The translations under genes and the position numbers were made by a program. From Takakia lepidozioides (lineage: Eukaryota; Plantae; Bryophyta): a stretch of 64,000 nucleotides of DNA. Within the stretch, counting starts at the first letter, position 1. Each line of letters starts with the position of its first letter. Under the pieces are notes generated by a model, which made no database searches, was not told the origin of the DNA, and saw only the letters and a list, made by a program, of their open reading frames with translations. Positions 1-13,100 of the stretch are shown here, piece after piece. The stretch spans positions 53,816,001 through 53,880,000 of the forward strand of contig CM060733.1 of the NCBI GenBank assembly GCA_030704615.1. Reading direction: 5' to 3'.

Positions 1-613
1 AAAGGCTAAACTCAGTCGACTGTGAGTGCAACACTGAATTTAAGCCAAGTCCAATTGGAACACCCAGTCTGGCACTGTCCTTGTCCCATCCCATATTCCA
101 ACAGTTCAATGGGAATCATCCTGTCCTTGTGAAACTTGCACTAGACAGGTGCAGGAATAAGAAGCTGTTCTCAACCTCATTAATGTTGGAAATAAAAAAT
201 GCCAGACCTGCACCACATAGACATGGAGGCTGCCATAAACAAAAGAATGAACATCATCCAATCTGTCTGCAGAAGAGGGGGATATTTGGAGAGGGAGGTG
301 TCAAAAGCTTGGTAAAGCATTGCAGACAGTCATGAAAAGAGAGCAATCAAACAAGGGCAGTGGCCAGGATAGAGATCAAGATATGTGAAAAAACTACCAA
401 CAAACTACAACAGAAACTTAAAGAAAAAGAAGGGAGCTTGATAACATGCACAAAGAGACAGAGAAAGAAGCTGTATGACACCTGGGGGGGGGGTAGGGCC
501 TGATGGGACAAAGTAGCACAACAGTAAAAATCACATCAAATAGATCCAAGTCTGGACATGCCTCATGCAGGAAAGCTGCTAGACAGAGAAAATAAGAAGG
601 AAGGAGCTTCATG

Positions 614-650
<37 letters not shown>

Positions 651-2091
651 GCGGGACTATATAAAGAGAGACAGAGAGGCAAAACTACAGAAAGGTCATC
701 AGAAAAACATCCAGCAAAACAGTGAGTCACTTTTACCTAGAAACAACTCGGAGATGCAAGAATGGTCTTGCATGAACGTCCAAAGGGCTTTCTCAGGTCG
801 CTTTAGTCGGTTTGTGAGAGGGGTCGGGCCCTACATCATGAGATCCAACATTGATGTAGGGCCCCCTCATTACTGCTTGAGGAGAGAGCGGCTTGCTGGA
901 GTCGATTATGGGCTTTGTTCTCATTGAACTGCATTCCACCATCCACTGCCATTTAGTTCCACTCTCACTTCCGAAAGTCATCCACAGTGGGTGCGGTTCT
1001 GTACCCACGTGGTGATGGCGAGCGAAGCCCCATTTTAGTGCACTGCTCTCAGACGCAAAAGGGCGAGATTTTTGTGAATCATGAACTCGGCACAAGCCTG
1101 AAAGTCAAGCTCAAGACTCTCGTTCTCACTCCCACTCTCTGGTTCGTCACAGGGCGATGGAATCACATACATCATATCTTCCTAGCCTACCCTAGACACA
1201 CCCCAATGTGACTGGTTGTGCAACCATAGCCACCTCCGTCACATCTGTTCAAGCACAGAGCAACAGAAGTAGTGCCGGGTACGAACACCGACAACATCAC
1301 GAAGACAATAGAATCCCACTCCAAATATCCTTTCAATTTGTTAGAATTTCCTAAGCTATCACCTTGCACCCACCGAAAAAACAAGCTCTAATTGACAAAA
1401 CAAGATGCCAGGTTTTCGGCATAGAAAAGCCCAGTAGAGACGACTTACGTGAGAATGAACGGGAACGAAAGGCCTGCCGCAGCGAAGGCCACCAATCCTG
1501 CTGCCATCATTCCATTCCGAGAGAGTGGCATTGACCCTCTGCGTGGAGAAGGATGAAGAACAAAAACCAAAACGGAGAAGAAATTTTACTGTGACACGAG
1601 AGGCCGAGAGGGAGATCAGCCGAACACGATACTCCAATAGCGTTTCACAGTCTGTTGGAAAACAACAAAAGAATCCGCGACAATATGAGGTCTCCTATCA
1701 ACTCTGAATTAAAGAAGGACTCAGAGAAGGAACCAGACAACGCACATCTAAGGCGCGGCATGCTCGTGACCGCGGTTGCCTCTGCCAACCGTTCGATCCC
1801 CAGAATATTCGAGTAAGGCCGTCCGTTCCCCTACGGATTTGTCAAGCCAAGAAAAACAGAGCACCAAGATTTGACACCGCGAACAGTTACATCCCAAGCT
1901 CCTTCACCAAACCGAGCCAAAATCGTGTTCTGCAAACTGGAGCACGGATTTGGGACAGGAGATTAGTGGGTGGGTTGAATACATTGGTGGGTTCTTTGAA
2001 ACATGGCTGTCTTGTAGTTGATTATGCAGGCCTTTTGTGCGCATTTGACTTGATATCGTGCAGGATTTTTCTATCGGTAACAGAGATAGCT

Positions 2092-4085
2092 ATGGCGACT
2101 TTCACATGCCTTGCCGTTTCATCGGTGTCAGCTACTTCTTCTTGCTGTATGTCCGAATGCAGAAATAGTCGTCAAATCACTGCCTGTAAGAGGCTCAACT
2201 GTCTCTCTTTGCCCAATGTTTCGAAGGTGGCGAGGCTCCTAACTTCCACCTCCTATTACACTACTTCTCTAAGACACATTATAAGACAGAGAGAGAGAAG
2301 AGGAGTTTACTTTTCGCAGCAGCGTGTGGTTTCTACAGCTCGGTGTGATTCGACTTCGAATGGCGGCACTGAGGAAAAGGTGTTTCTTCGACCTCTGTAG
2401 GACAATTTGTGTTGTGTATTCACACCTTCACTTCCATAAGTGGGAACCATGAAGGTGGTGATCCGGACGTCTGTTTGGATCGCTACAATTGCTGTGATAA
2501 CTTCTTGACAGACTTAGGCTATCCTGCAGTTATCGCCACTGACCTGGCACCCAATTTGAATGCAACTGAAAAAGGACGGACGGGCGTCGAGGAGGAGAGG
2601 TGAGGGGGGGGAGGGCGTGTTGGGATATGAGAGAAGTGGGGGGCGACCATCGCTGAAGGCTCACTCAGTGGTGGGGCTCACCAAGCGAAAAGAATTGGTT
2701 CAGAACATGCTGTACCATTCCATCATTTTGATGGAAAGTGCACCTTCACATCTGCATCTATTTCAGAAGGATGGCTGTTGGATATTTATGAGAATTGGGG
2801 CTGTGGGCCAGATTCCATTTGGCTACACGAGAAAGGATGTACTGCTCATAGGCCTCGGCCTCACTGTCTTCGGCATTGGCCTCAAGTACGGCCTAGAGGT
2901 AAGAATAGCTTTCTCTCCTCTGTGAGCTCTGTGCCCAAAATTGTGGTGGCTACAGCCGTAGTCCTAGGATGAAGGGTGCTTGTAGCTTGATGTCCACACC
3001 AAGCTGTAGATCAACACACTCAATCCTCTGCAAGCAGGTGACAGTGGCTTGATGTTATGACTGTCATGATTTGGGCGTAGTTTCCAGATCCTGGTGGTTA
3101 GACACCCCACAACCAGCTTCTGGGGGATTGACAATACGCAGGGCTATGCCCTTATAGCCAGGAACTGCCTCTCTGCCCTTTGTCAAGCAAAGGGTGAGTG
3201 AGGGTCGACAATGTCCACATGTGTGACAAGTTTAGATGGGGGCGGTGCTGGGAACTATGCAACCCTTAGGTCAAAATTTAATTTTCTTTTAACTGGATTA
3301 TTGTTGGTTTGTGTGCCAGTGCTATAGCAATGTCAGGTTGAGGTGCGTAGAAACCTGACAACTGAGTCCAGGAGGGTTGATACCCTGCGGGGACTGGATC
3401 GTCAGCCAGTAGTTGATTTTCCAGGATGATCTTGGCTTATCTTGAACTCGTGAGGAATTTTGGGTTCCCTATCGAGATTTAATTCGGGACATCTCCTTGG
3501 ATGCAGTTTTTTGGGGTCGATTCCTTGAAGGCAGGCAACGTTGTGCAGGTGGTGATGGTGGCAGGGCTGACAGTGGGTTGGATCTCAAGCTACATTTTCA
3601 GAGTCTCAACAAAAGAGATGACGTATGCTAAGCAGTTGAAGGACTATGAGAACAAAGTCATGGAGGTATGCTTTGTCATGCCCATGATAATCCACGAGAA
3701 CCACATGGACCCCCTCTGAATGTCGTCTTACATTAAGCCTCTTGGTATTACGTGACACCCCTACAATGACTCGGGTGTCATGTGAGGCCTACCTTTTTCG
3801 GGATTGTGGATTCTGCCATCCCCAAGACGAGAGACAACAGTCTCGTTCTTTGCAAAAACTGGCGTCATTCTTACATTGTTGGTGTTTGTCAGTAGCTGAT
3901 TGACACAAAAACAAGTTTGATTCCACCAAAATTATGACAAAATTTGACCAAACAGTGGGATTGCGGGCATGCATTTCTAGAAACGATTGGAGGAACTTCC
4001 GGAAGCTGAGTTGGAGACAATGCTGGCTCAAATTGAGGAAGAGAAGAGGCGAATAAAAGAAAATAGGGATAGACTATCCTCTTGA
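2092..4085 (+). CDS. DUF3007-family plastid/cyanobacterial-type membrane protein, 4 exons, about 212 aa
   Basis: Exons 2092-2379, 2812-2898, 3507-3665, 3981-4085 join in frame through GT-AG introns. Ser/Cys/Arg-rich N-terminus resembles a transit peptide. Motifs PFGYTRKDVLLIGLG, GWISSYIFRVSTKEMTYAKQLKDYE and KRLEELPEAELE match DUF3007 as I recall the family. Confidence 0.88.
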
Positions 4086-5260
4086 ACACTTTTTTGAGTG
4101 GGTGGTTGTGGGTTTAGGTTCGGAGCTTTGTTTCAATAAGTTCACTAATTAGTGTTTCAAAATACACCGGTTGTGTTTTCTTCTCTCTTGTCCTTTATTG
4201 GCAAAAGCCTCCTTCTGTGATGTTCCAGCCTTTAAGTCAATGCTCCGTTTCGGTTGTAGCCAGCACTAAATAGGGGACCGTAGCTTATCATAATTATACT
4301 TATAAGATGTTGAAAATAGGAATTTATGTTCTTCCCCAGGGCCCTTACATACTCTACTACGCCCGTCTGATATTCTCCATGTGGGATTGTCAATGGGCTT
4401 TAGGCAGCAAAGGGAGGGAGAGGGAGAGGGACATAATATACCACAGACATCAGATCATGGTGAAAGACTAAATATGGACAGATTCTTCTTGTACCAGGGC
4501 TGTGGAAAGACATTGAGGGCTCGACGTCAAGAGGGCAATGTTCTCCACTTGAGGTCAAGCGGGGGCCAGTAGCTGATTAGTTTATATTGTTTCATCATGG
4601 TCCTTGAGCATGTTCAAGGTTGTGCTGTGTTCTGCAGCCTGTTGCATCCTACTTCCCCTGGCTCCTCTCTCTCTCTACCCCACTTCTTTTAGGCAGTGTC
4701 TCATGGCCTAGAATTGGCCATGCTAGAAAATCTTTGGGCCCTAGAGTTTGACATTCTTTCCTGTTTTCTCTTTGTGGTCCATAGTGTCCCACCAGCAGTG
4801 ATCAAATAGACAATTCATGTCAATGAAACTACTGTATCAATCAATGCATGTCATGTCAATCAAATTTTCCATTGATACAACCAGTGTGCTACAGTTTTGT
4901 AATAAAAGGGAGCACAGATACATGCTGCCCAAGCTGGCTTGGAGATTTGGTAGGTGCGTGATCACACTGGCTACCACAGAAAGTATTTTGATGTGGTGAG
5001 TGAAACTTTCTACAGCTGCAGATTGTTTGGCTTGTTTGGCTCTGACTGTATGTTCCTAGTTTTTAGAAAGCCTCAGTCCTCAAAGCTAACATGGTGAGGA
5101 AATCTCTACCTTTGTGCATTCAGTAATGTCACTAACCGGTCTTATTTTTTAAGGCGATCTTGTTTAGTTGATGATCATATAATCCAAGAAAGATCATCGA
5201 GCTGGTTGTTTGTGAGAACCTTTCGTTTTCTTAAACAATAATGGGGCCTCTTCCAAGTTG

Positions 5261-6811
5261 CTATTGCCTGTAGTTTGATTCGATTGGGAGAGTTGCGGCT
5301 GCGGATGTGTACACTCGATCCACGGCACCTTTGGCCTGTATCTCCCAGTTGGTGTAGAACGTACCCACGAGAAGTGTAGTCGTCTGTACCAGCATCGCAC
5401 ACAACATCCCAATCCACAATCCCTTACCATTGAGGTGCAGTACAAAGGCCATCACAATCCCGGTGGGCATCCCCACTACGTAATAGGACCCCAGATTTGT
5501 CCATGCTCCAAAAGTTTGCCATCCGCTTCCTCTTGCCACACCTACAAGAACGCCTAGAATGGCATCCAGGACTACCATGGCTCCAAGGAAGGGGATCGTA
5601 CTCTCCACATATTTGGCAACCTGAGCTTCATTAGTAAATGCCCAGCCCCACACATGGGCCATTGCCTTCAGTAGACTGGCCACTAGCACACCCTCAAGTA
5701 CACCGAATCCTACTGCCACTCTCACTGCTCGCTTGGCAGCTTGCGGATGATCGGCTCCAAGTTCATTGGACACTCGAGTGCTCAGTGCAGCACCAAGACC
5801 AAACGGTATCATGTAGAGCAACGTCGTCGTGCTCAAACAGATGGACAGGGCAGAAGTCTCCAACTTGGGGTTCGGAAGCAGCCCTGAAAGAAGCACCAGG
5901 GATTCAAAAGACCAGGACTCTAAGCACGTCATGACTGTGGAAGGGATGGCCAGCTTGAAGAAAGCCCCAAGATCATTAAAAGCCTCCCCAGAAAAGGACT
6001 TCCACGTCTTCTGACACCTGGGTGAGAACTTCACATATGTAGCCAGAAAGAAGACATTCAGCCAATTCGAAAGGCTGCTGGCCAAAGCTGCTCCGCGAAA
6101 GCCCACCCCCAACTTGTAGATCAGCAGCCAACAGATGGGGACATGGAAGCACAACGTGGTCAGTGAGAAAAGTGCCATTGGCAAGACCAAACTCTGTGTC
6201 TGCAAAAACTTGACCATGGGCTGAAGTGAAGCATAGGCAAACAAGCAGGGGATCAGCCACCTCGCGTACTCCCCTGCCTTCTCTGAGATTTCAGGATCCT
6301 GCCCGAAAACCCGAAGAATAGTTCCCATGTTGAACCAAACAACAGCAAGAGGTAATGCAGTGATGTACAAGACTAGCAGAACGCGTTGCATGTAGATACC
6401 CAGCATGTGGTACTGTTTGGCTCCGAAGGCCTGCCCACACAGAGTTTCAAGAGCACCTGCCATTCCTATTAGGAAAATTATGCCTGTAACGTTGGCGAAG
6501 GAATTGGCGATGGCTGCACTAGCAAGCTCAAGCTCACCCAAGTGACCCACAAACATGACAGACACAAAGGTCAGTGAGGACTGAAGAAAGGTCACGCAAA
6601 TCATTGGGCCCCCTAACCATAGCAGCTTTTTCATCTCTTCCCAAACCGGCCACTCGGTTTGGCGTGAGGCCACCTCCTCGTTGTCCCTCTCACTTGAACT
6701 ACTCGAAAGCCCATTTCCGAACGAAATAACAGCTGACTCTCTAGTGGGCGTTAGACTGGAGATATTTGCCTGGTTCCGTTCAATCAAAGGGTCTACCAGA
6801 GACTGCTCCAT
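5261..6811 (-). CDS. MATE (DETOXIFICATION/DTX) family efflux transporter, intronless, about 516 aa
   Basis: Single ORF; first in-frame ATG at 6811 (the track starts at GTG 6820). Plant MATE motifs ETLCGQAFGAKQYHMLGIYMQR, CLESWSFESLVLLSGLLPNP, STRVSNELGA, GVARGSGWQ; multiple hydrophobic helices. Confidence 0.95.
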   Translation of the reverse strand: MEQSLVDPLIERNQANISSLTPTRESAVISFGNGLSSSSSERDNEEVASRQTEWPVWEEMKKLLWLGGPMICVTFLQSSLTFVSVMFVGHLGELELASAAIANSFANVTGIIFLIGMAGALETLCGQAFGAKQYHMLGIYMQRVLLVLYITALPLAVVWFNMGTILRVFGQDPEISEKAGEYARWLIPCLFAYASLQPMVKFLQTQSLVLPMALFSLTTLCFHVPICWLLIYKLGVGFRGAALASSLSNWLNVFFLATYVKFSPRCQKTWKSFSGEAFNDLGAFFKLAIPSTVMTCLESWSFESLVLLSGLLPNPKLETSALSICLSTTTLLYMIPFGLGAALSTRVSNELGADHPQAAKRAVRVAVGFGVLEGVLVASLLKAMAHVWGWAFTNEAQVAKYVESTIPFLGAMVVLDAILGVLVGVARGSGWQTFGAWTNLGSYYVVGMPTGIVMAFVLHLNGKGLWIGMLCAMLVQTTTLLVGTFYTNWEIQAKGAVDRVYTSAAATLPIESNYRQ

Positions 6812-7750
6812 ATCGCTCACGAATTTGAGCTGCTTCTCCCAACTATTTGACTTGGTATCATGTTCGTGGGCAGGAAGTTTGTCTACATATTCAACATGTC
6901 ACTTGTACTTTAATTCTGAAGGCGCTGGTGCAATATAGCTGGGTGACAGAATGAGGACTCGCCTATATGAAGCGCCAGGCTCTTTTGTCTCTCGTACCAA
7001 TGATGCCCTTTATGGATGAATTCACAAGCTCACGAAAATCCAAGGATACACACAATTCCGAGGACAGTCCAGAACAACAGGTGGGTGACATGCCTACAAA
7101 CTCCGAAGGGACATCACTAACAGCTGAAAAGAAAGACTTTATATCGTCCAAGGGGACAACACCACACGAAAGCAGGAGAGAAGAGAGAAAGTAGGGCCCC
7201 GACAAGCGGCCAAACCTCAACTTCACAAAGCTGGAGAGCCCCATATAGAGGATATGCCGCTGTAAGAAGGACCGTCCTCAACACCGTTGCTTACTGCAAC
7301 CTACAGATAATTCTTCATTTCAACAGAAACCTACAAGGTAAAACGCCTACTAAAACCCAGAGCAGGATGCAGCCATGGGGCTCGCTTTCTCTTGCCATGG
7401 TTATCAACTTACTCGGTATGCCCCGTCACTCTCCTGTTCGAGCGTCACCTCCCTTACCACCCGAAACGGATCCAACCTCTTTTTCTCAATCCGCTCTACC
7501 TTCCTCGATTCAAAATCGTGACAAGCGGGCACATCAGTCCTTGCCCCCGATTCTTGAGCAGTGGGCCCGCCTGTAGAGCACGGGATTGGACCTCACCGCA
7601 TGCATATGCTCTTGTGTCACTTGACTTAGTGAAAGGTGGAGAGTAATTGCAGGAGGCGTCAAGGTCGTGTGATGAGGAACGGTTGCAATCGGTGAAGCAG
7701 TGATGGGAGGCCACTTGGCTGCTTAGATTAATTCAGGTTACCTAATCTAC

Positions 7751-8333
7751 CGAAGATAATAGGAATAATGTAAGAGCTTAATGCACACGTGCAACACCTG
7801 ACAAGATGGTACGCCGGTTTACTGCATGTGAAATCTTCCCCACCCTCACTTGAGAGTGATATGGAACTGAAGGAGTGTCAACTCTAGTCAGGGTTACACT
7901 GGGTTACACGACTAGGTGAGTAACTCCACTGGGGTTACATCAGGTTACACGATGAGGTGTGTAACCCACACTTGGTCTCGAAATTTGACTAAGTATAAAA
8001 TGGACTAACCAGAGTTACATGAGAAACAGGGGTTACATAGGGTTAGATAGGGTTACACCAATTGGAGGGTTACATCGACCGGGGTTACACTACAAGAGCC
8101 TCCCATCAAGATTTGAACCCAACCCTCGCCGCCTGCACCGTTATTACCTTACCATCACGCTACCCACCTTGCAACCCACTTGGATTCTTAAGTATTTAAT
8201 AGTGAAACCGAAGAGGGGGTGGGGAAGATTTGACATGGACCCCGGCCGGAGAGCCCAGGCTGCCAGAATCCGGTGAAAGTACAGTCAGATCACACACGTC
8301 CATTAAGTTCTTACATTATTCCTATTATCTTCG
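7751..8333. mobile_element. MITE-like element with about 35-bp terminal inverted repeats and internal GGGTTACAC repeats
   Basis: CGAAGATAATAGGAATAATGTAAGAGCTTAATG at 7751 is the near-perfect reverse complement of 8301-8333. Many GGTTACA/TGTAAC motifs at 7890-8090. No clear TSD. Confidence 0.55.
8098..8170 (-). mobile_element. tRNA-derived SINE-like head (degenerate)
   Basis: On the minus strand an A-box-like TAGCGTGATGG (8162-8152) is followed about 32 nt later by a B-box GGTTCAAATC (8119-8110); no intact cloverleaf. Confidence 0.35.
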
Positions 8334-8507
8334 AACTTAGCCTAAATAAGAGCTTCCCCTAAGGTTATCCATATAATCTATGGGGCCTTATGGACACTGT
8401 GTTTCTGGGTGAACTAATGTGTCTGGGTGTACTTGGGTGTGCTTAGATGAGCAAGGTAGATGTCCGATGTTGAGTGGTTGTTGCTAGGTACACTCTAGAG
8501 TTTGAAC

Positions 8508-9868
8508 CAGTGTTGGATTGGTATATAGTGTCTGGCCGGGTATCAACCAGGGTATTGAATAACCGACCCGACTGGTATTGGCAATTCGAATACTATGGTT
8601 GATAACCGGACCGGCTGCTATTGCCTACACGTCCAATACTTGGGCAAAAACAAGGACTATACCATGGTATGGATAGGAAATTGGGCGGGTACACATGCTG
8701 TCAGGGTAGGGGGTAAGAGGGTGCACATGTCAAGGAGGGCATGTCCAGCCCCAAAGGCCCGCCCCTATTCTTCATTCTTTTTAGCACATGTAGGGTGTCT
8801 TATGTGCGGGCTCATCCCAAGACCTCCGCAAGCAAGCAAGCTCGTGTCTTTCTGCAACGCTATTGTGTAATGCAAAGTTTGAATTTTGCAACATAATAAG
8901 TAATTTCTTTGTGAAATCAAGTATGCTGATTTGGGCCTTGGTGTGGGAAAAAACTAAACCGGCAAAGATCAGTGCCTTCCTATGGCAAATAGCCAACAGA
9001 GTTCTCAAGGTTGGTGAGTATTTGAACTTCAATGAGGCTCTTCTTTGCCAATGTTGTACTATGCAAACCATAGAATCCCTTGAACATTGTCTTCTTCACT
9101 GTCTTGCTCCTCACACCATCTGGCCCATGGTCCAAGATTTCTACAGGGCATGGGAGCTGAGATGCCTCTGGGATCCCTGGCCATTCTCCTTAACTATAAT
9201 CAAAGGCAGAAAACCAGAGCCTACGCATGCCCTGTATTTGAAGCTCTCAGATGCTCAGTGCTATGGAACCTATGGAAAGCCCGCTATGCATGGGCCCTCA
9301 ACAATGACAACACTAATGCTACAACTATCTTGTCTATAGTTTTCTTTGACCTCACGGTGGCTGCTAAAAAATCATGGGCCTTATTGTGTGCAGTAGTTGC
9401 CAGGAAGCCAGAGCGTCAACCTGCCCTCCTCCATACCTTCCGAGAGACATGGGCCAAGCACGGAATCATTTGTTGCAGCTCTCATGATCTCACCTGTATA
9501 TGGGCAAACAGAATCCCCACCTGTTGGGAGGGACACAGAGGTCACCTCTTCGGCCTCCACAGAATCTGGGGATCTGAAGTCTGAAGTCAATTGGAAGCAC
9601 ATTCGGTCTTCCTCAGGACCTGTCACCCCCAACCTTCCTTCTCCAAGGATCACCGTCTCTCCGTTCAAGTCCATTCGCCAACCGGGTGTATCGCCACCAA
9701 GGGTTACAGCATGATCTCGCTTATGCTCTCCGATGGCAGCTTTCCTTAGGGTACCGCTGCGTATTTTCTAGGTTGCTAGCATCCTAGTCATCATGGTGTC
9801 ATTTAATTGGCCGTATCTCGATTCTTGACCTGGCTGGTATTAGAAAAAGTAATACCCGCCCAACACTG
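8508..9868. mobile_element. hAT-type MITE (CAGTGTT termini) containing a LINE fragment
   Basis: Left end CAGTGTTGGATTGGTAT, right end ATACCCGCCCAACACTG; 8-bp flanks GTTTGAAC / GTTTGAGC (7 of 8, TSD). Confidence 0.65.
8925..9720 (+). mobile_element. 5'-truncated L1-type LINE fragment (zf-RVT / C-terminus of ORF2), decayed
   Basis: KPAKISAFLWQIANRVLKVGE...LLCQCC...ESLEHCLLHC and FEALRCSVLWNLWKAR; closely parallels 38990-39600 of the long LINE; frameshifted. Confidence 0.85.
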
Positions 9869-9877
9869 GTTTGAGCC

Positions 9878-10140
9878 CAGTGTTGGGCGGATCTAAACCC
9901 TTTTTTAATATCCACCAGTTCCGGATACTAAATACTTTTGGTTTTAGGTATCCGCCAATTTCGGGTATTACCAACATGACAAACAGCGGATCCCGGGTAT
10001 GCACATCCGGTTTTTAAGTTTAGGGCTCAGATCCGCCAAGTATTGACGGATATTGGCCGGATATCCGCTGGGTATTATAGGGTTTTTTTTTTGTATTTTC
10101 ATATCCGCAGATTATGCATCTAATCCGGATACTAAAAATA
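9878..10140. mobile_element. Left end of another CAGTGTT hAT-MITE
   Basis: Starts CAGTGTTGGGCGGAT 9 bp after the previous element; ATCCG/CGGAT subterminal repeats; right end not found. Confidence 0.45.
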
Positions 10141-13100
10141 TATATTTTTTGCTCAATCTAGTGATAGTATGAGGAGAGTCTTTATCATTGAGAAAGATGC
10201 AGAAGATCAACATTTGACCATGGACGAATAGCACCCCATGCATATTCATCGTTTTTTCTTTTTTACAGACTAGGGGACATTGGCCCTGGAAATTTTATTA
10301 TAAGTAAGGAAAAAATAACCTTACATGAGCCATGAAGGCAGAGAATTGAAGTACCACTCCGAGCCAGCAGTTCAAAGAGAATGGAGCAGAGATAAGGATT
10401 GAGATGAGAGATGGAAACAGAACCGAGTAGCAAACTAATTCATGCACATATTATCCATTTTCATTTTGGGAGCATCAAAGGACAATTGGGGTGAATGCCT
10501 AGCACTAAAAGAACTGCCAACAGGAAGGGAGAGCTTCTTGCCATGCAACTCGAGATTCTGAAACTCTCCTGCATAAGACATTATTTTTTCCCCAAGAGTT
10601 GTTGAAGGCCTGGGGAGGTCACTATATGTAGTTTTTCCATATCACGTGCGTACAAAGGTATATTTATACTAGGCTATATTTCTAAAATTTTGCATTTTTT
10701 TCCACCCCATCTTTAGATAATATTGTAAAACCCTTTGATTCCTAATACCCTATTTTTCTTTATAATTTTCTTTTGCAACAGTTAATTAGACCCTATTTTA
10801 AATTATCCTTTTAAATAATTTGCAAAATTTTAAAACATGTACACAAACAAGTACATTCCATACATAAGTCAAATGTCGGACCCAAGAAAAAGTTTAACTT
10901 TCATTAGCCACGAACTCATTTAAAGCGGCAGCATCAATTGCATCTAAAGAGTATAAGTTATGAGATGGTTCAAATGTCATAGTCAGTATTGAGATTATGG
11001 TCTCAACAGCAATCCACTGTCTATCACTGGAATCATATTTGAACTTCAGGTGACATCTACCTGATTTCATCCTAATGGATTAGAGCTGGATGAAATATGA
11101 GAAACTTCACAAGGATTGATACATTATATTGTAGATAAAATCTTTTATCACACTAACTTTTTAAGTAAAACTCTGGATTTTTTGTGACATTTTTTTTAAA
11201 AAAAAAACCAGGTGAAAGGATATTGCCCTACCATATTTTTTAAGTAAAAAATTTCTAGAATTTAGCTCAAAAAAATAAACTACACCCTATATTTGTTTTA
11301 ACTTCTCACGTGGTTTTGAAAATGCAGGGAGTGACCTCCCTAGGGTCGAAGGCTACGAGGAGCTGGGTCCTTCTCCTATTACCATATTTGGAAAGAGCTG
11401 TCACAAGAACACACCATGATTTTTGAGCTTCGGACGATAGGTCTGAGTGAGCTAAGAACAAAACCTTCTCTAGACAAGGTAAGGAATTTTGGAAAAGAAT
11501 AGGGTAACGCATTTTTTAAATATGCCAAAAAATAATGCCCCTGAGATACTCCCAAACAAGATAGGAGCAGAACACGTTCACATCCTTAATATTACGGAGA
11601 AGAGCAGAAGCAGGGTAGGTGAGGTTTTTGTTCCAAAGAGCATAGAGAGATGTAGCACGAGCCCCCATAGAAGTTGCAAATGAGTAGGAAACTAGGCAGT
11701 GTTCCAAGTCCTCCGGAAATATTCATATTGCATGTAGCACATGAAGTAGTGGGGTCAGAGATGAAGTCACCAAAGGTGAAAGCAAGCTATGGTGGCTCAG
11801 AAAAGTCCACATGGTGGCCTACACAAGAAGTCCCAAGGTTTTTTACAATTTTGATTATGGAAAAATTATAGTCGCTAGATTTATCCATGTTGAAAGATAT
11901 GAACCGTCTAAAGTTAACACTAATAGACACCATGTCATTTTTTCTATTTTTCCTAGTAACAGACATTATTTTTATTTTCTTATTTTATTTTTTATTTTTT
12001 ATATCTTCACTACATCGCATAGTGGGACTCATGATGCTCTTCATCCAAATGAAATGTACCTGTTAGTGAAGCAAGTCCATTGTTTTACTTTGTTTCCATG
12101 CATTCATGTACTTTGGCAAAAATCAGTTTTTCGAGGTTCACTATAATATATAGAAGTAAGAAATTTCACTTTTTTGATGTTTTCTATAGGACTTTAGTAT
12201 CTTCAAGAGTAGAGCAATACTAATATGAGTCCCTTTTATCACATTTGTTTTCTATAGTGAATACAAAAAGTCCGTAACACTTTTTTTTATGGACAGTGAC
12301 AATGTCGTACGCAATTTTCTATATTACTTCGACAAATCAACTTCATTTCTTGTTGAGAATTTAAATATTAGAGCTTGTAGTAGTTGGAAACATAGGAGTG
12401 AGTCTTATTTCATCGTTGTAATAAAAAATTGTCTCTAAGGTACAATTGAATCAAACTATGTCATGTAAAACATCTGCTGTGACACAAAAATTGAGCCACC
12501 GTAGTTTGCTTTCACCCCCAACAGGGACAATTCTATTTGCTATCTTCCACAAAATTGCTGGAATTTTTGAAGACCTATGTTTCTTCCACTGATCTGTCCA
12601 AACAAGTTTTCAAGAGATAAGATGACCTGGCGAGTGATCCCACTTTTTAGTCCATTTTCTGTCAAAACTTTGTTTAGCCGGCACAAGCATAGAGTAGCCA
12701 AGTAGGAGAAGAACTGGTCATGGTTTTTGTTCATCCAAAACCATTCATCTGGATCAAATTGGAACAAACTCACATGAGCAAAAAGGAACCAACAGAAGGA
12801 ATTGTTGCAATGGTGAAGCTCGAAAGGAGGAGTGGATTCGATTTACCAGAGGTGGAACAAAGAACTGTGATTTCATAGCAGTCAGTACTACCATGAAGCT
12901 TGACAGGCTAAGAGCAGGTTAAGGTACCGTTCCCCCGCACGCTGAAACGAATTCCCATGATGTGGTCTCGCCATGGAAGTAGCAAATTAACTAGCTTTAA
13001 GCATAGCCCCTGTGGAAAATCCTAGCCACCTAGGAAATTTTATGAGGTGACGTTGGGACATAAGATCTCTCCATCGGGGGGAAGGCTACCCATGATTATA

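Noticed and set aside
425-440. miR159/319-like GAAGGGAGCT
   Set aside because: Only a 10-nt match with no complementary arm.
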